Source: Felis catus
Taxonomy: Eukaryota
Assembly (NCBI RefSeq): GCF_018350175.1
Contig: NC_058368.1
Location: 169,634,001-169,698,000 of the forward strand
Reading direction: 5' to 3'
Length of the DNA: 64,000 bases
A program made the position numbers and the translations under genes. Below the pieces are notes generated by a model that made no database searches, was not told the origin of the DNA, and was given only the letters and a program-made list of their open reading frames with translations. Of the stretch, positions 61,351 to 64,000 are shown in pieces (position 1 is the first letter of the stretch; the number at the start of each line of letters is the position of its first letter).

Positions 61351-61566
61351 AAAAAAATTTTAAATATTTATTTTTGAGAGACAAAGACAGCATGAATGGA
61401 GGAAGGGGAGAGGGAGAGATAGAGAGAGGGAGACACAGAATCTGAAGCAGGCTCCAGGCTCTGAGCTGTCAGCACAGAGCCCAATGTAGGGCTTGAACCC
61501 ACAAGCCATGAGATCATGACCTGAGCCGAAGTCAGACACTCAACCGACTGAAACACCTAGGCGCCC
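61351..61566 (-). mobile_element. CanSINE (SINEC_Fc2-like) in the L1 tail
   Basis: Full antisense copy; TSD aaaaaaatgaagttttt / aaaacaatgaggttttt. Confidence 0.96.
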
Positions 61567-63479
61567 TGAAAACAATGAGGTTTTTTTTACAAAAAGCTTA
61601 CATAAGATGATAGAAATCATTGGAAGTATACTCCTTAGTGATAAGTACTGCTAGCATTTTGGTATATATCCTTGCAATTCTGCCTGTGCTAATAAATCCA
61701 TATCTAGCCATCATTTGTCTACCAATTTACCTTGATATATTTTATCAAAAATGTTCAACTTGATTTATAGGTGCCTTTCCAAACTCTGCCAAGTTTCTGA
61801 CCAGGATCATTATTCTCTTGGTCTTAGAAGCCTAGGACACTCTGACAAAGTATTGGAAGGTATTTGACTTCAAGAATTATAAATTAAGAAAGAGAGCTTA
61901 GAAAAGATCATTGTGGAAGAAGGAGAGGGAGGAAGAGTCACAATTTTCCCCTAATTAATATTAAAATCTCTGATCCTTAGTATACTTTTAATACTGAAAC
62001 TGTTCTTTTTTTTTCTTCATCTTTAAAAGACCCATTTTTTTTTAAAGGGAATGGAATGGATGAACTACAGGAAAGGTTCTCCACATGAAAGCACTTACTC
62101 CGCAGAGGCCCCATTGCCTAAAACACTTAGTCTAGATAAAAGAACAGACAACGAGCATATATCTGCAAGTTTTAGATGATGGAACTTTAAGATAATGAGT
62201 TCTGCTTCAGATAGCACAGGGTGAAATAAAATCACAGAAGATGATTTGCAAACACTGACTGCCAAGCCTGGGGGTTAATTGCATGGATGGGAATGGAGGC
62301 CCTGGGACAGAATAGGTTGGACTGCACTGGCTGCTGGATGCCCAGGTAGAGGTCTCAGGGAAGAGAACAGCTAGTCCATCAGGAGCATGTCCTAAGTGAA
62401 GCCCATGAATCATCTGTAGCTCTACAGTTACATAAAATAAAACATTAGATATAACATCTGTTCTGTTAGGATGGTGAGGGGGTGAGTACAAACCAGGAGA
62501 AAAGGATACATGACAAGTACAAACTATTGTAGCTATGAAGAATCAATAGAAAGTTGGTTGCAAATATATCTGTACTGGGAGTCAATGTAAAATTCAAAAA
62601 AATCTGTTTTGCCACCTCCTTGTGACAGCATAAATAGATAGCAAATGACTAAAAGGTAAAAAATCATTTTGGGAATGTAGTGGTTACCTTCCCCACCCTA
62701 TGAATATTGAAAATGTCATTTGTTACATCCAAACTTGGAAGAGTGGAGGCATGTGGCTCTCAATGAAGCATCTGCTTCCCTTCCTTGCTCTTCTGGCACA
62801 AGAAGGCTGGTCTCTTTTTCCGTGCTGGAGGATGCTGGTTTTGAGGCTTGCCAACACGCCCTACACTCCCATGTCTGCTCGATGTCAGTGTCATATTTTA
62901 TAGGTTCTTATAAGTTACTATGTCCAAGTTTCCTGCCATTAATCACCAAAACCTACCATCTTCACATTACTGAAATATAATCTAATGAATTCACATCCAC
63001 TGAAACAAACCCCCCTTTCCCTGGCTGCTGTAGTGCTGAAAAAGGAATAAGAATTTCCGGCAAGCTTTCTGATCAAATGCACTTCCACCAAGAAAGAATA
63101 ACCATGTCAATTCTAGCATCAACTTTTTTTTCCAGGGTGCATTTTTGCAAGTCTGTGATTGTTGCAGCATTAGTTAGAAAGACCTTTGACTTTATTAGAT
63201 AGCAACTATTGACCTTGGTTGGCCTCCCAAGCTGAACTGAGTCCAAATGACTGGTTGACAGGCTGGGTATTTTGTCACAAGACAAATTTCTTGACCATGC
63301 CAATTTACCTCAACTAATGTTAGCATTTGGGTAAAACAGTGTCCAAACCCCATTGCGTGCAAAGATAACAGATACATGTAAGAAAATAGTAAAATGGAGA
63401 GTCATATCACATTTAAGGCTCTTTCTACAAAATAAATTCCAATCATAAATATTAGAACTTCATTTAAATTCATATAAGA

Positions 63480-63990
63480 AAATACATGCTACATGGTTCT
63501 TTACCTCACTGCTATTGCATATTCATTTAAATGCTCGTGATGTGTCTATCAACGTGTACTAATATAGTATTAGCAAAGACTAGTAAAGTTCTGAAAGATT
63601 ATGGTGGTGGAGATAAAAAAGATAGATCTGAAGGACATTTTAATATAGAATCCCCAGGAAAGTGATTCTATGTAGAGGAAGAAGGATTTGGATAGCTGAG
63701 CTTTTCCTCTTGGAGACAGCCTTAACTGAATTCTGGGAATGATGGATTCAAGGTGCCAATTGACATGAAGGAAATTAAAAATTAACTACTTAACACAGTA
63801 ACCCTTAGTGAATTAAGATGTCTGTCTGAAGATGTTCCCTGTGCACTCTAGCAAAGCAGGAGTGAGCCTTTGGTCTGGAGTCGGGCATGGAATCTCCGTG
63901 CAGGTTGCTGACAGTGCCTGGACTTGAGGTGCGCCTTGGGTAGATTTAAGAAATAACATCTGGGGGAAAGCATATTAAAAAGCCAGGAGG
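63480..63990 (-). mobile_element. Degenerate L2 (antisense)
   Basis: Purine-rich: 'ggtggtggagataaaaaagatagatctgaaggacatttt...tcaaggtgccaattgacatgaagg...gagcctttggtctggagtcggg...cctggacttgagg'. Confidence 0.5.
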
Positions 63991-64000
63991 ATGTCTAAAT

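Noticed and set aside
3978..61556. Many ORFs with 'GAWVAQSVK', 'AQVMIS', 'LEPASDSVSPSL' or 'ERERER' peptides
   Set aside because: These are translations of CanSINE bodies and (CT)/(GA) tracts, not genes
1..64000. CRISPR arrays, operons, rRNA, intact endogenous virus or processed pseudogene
   Set aside because: No regularly spaced repeats with unique spacers, no long ORFs, only solo LTRs, and poly(A) runs (12486, 29373, 57054) lack an upstream mRNA-like body

Overview
Mammalian nuclear DNA from a cat-family (Felidae) genome. The evidence is about 21 tRNA-derived CanSINEs, including young SINEC_Fc-type copies, most with recognisable target-site duplications (TSDs). The rest is a typical eutherian repeat landscape: MIR, L2, old L1 fragments, MLT1/MLT2 solo LTRs, hAT MER elements and microsatellites. 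These are separated by unique AT-rich sequence that looks like a large intron or intergenic region. I found no protein-coding gene, tRNA/rRNA gene or processed pseudogene. The only protein-like translations are decayed L1 ORF1/ORF2, and the other ORFs are SINE-derived or chance. I did not find a convincing new biological system. The best items for follow-up are: (1) a young SINE inserted into the tail of an older antisense SINE, forming a near-contiguous inverted repeat (48.5-48.9 kb); (2) an old L1 that keeps its 5' end with ~235-bp tandem units and joins ORF1 directly to mid-ORF2; (3) several well-formed + strand candidate small exons, including an 8-nt ATG-terminal one in a CpG-enriched, motif-rich element at ~42 kb; (4) repeat-free candidate enhancers. 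Subfamily names come from recall of consensus sequences, not from a search, and boundaries of old repeats are approximate.
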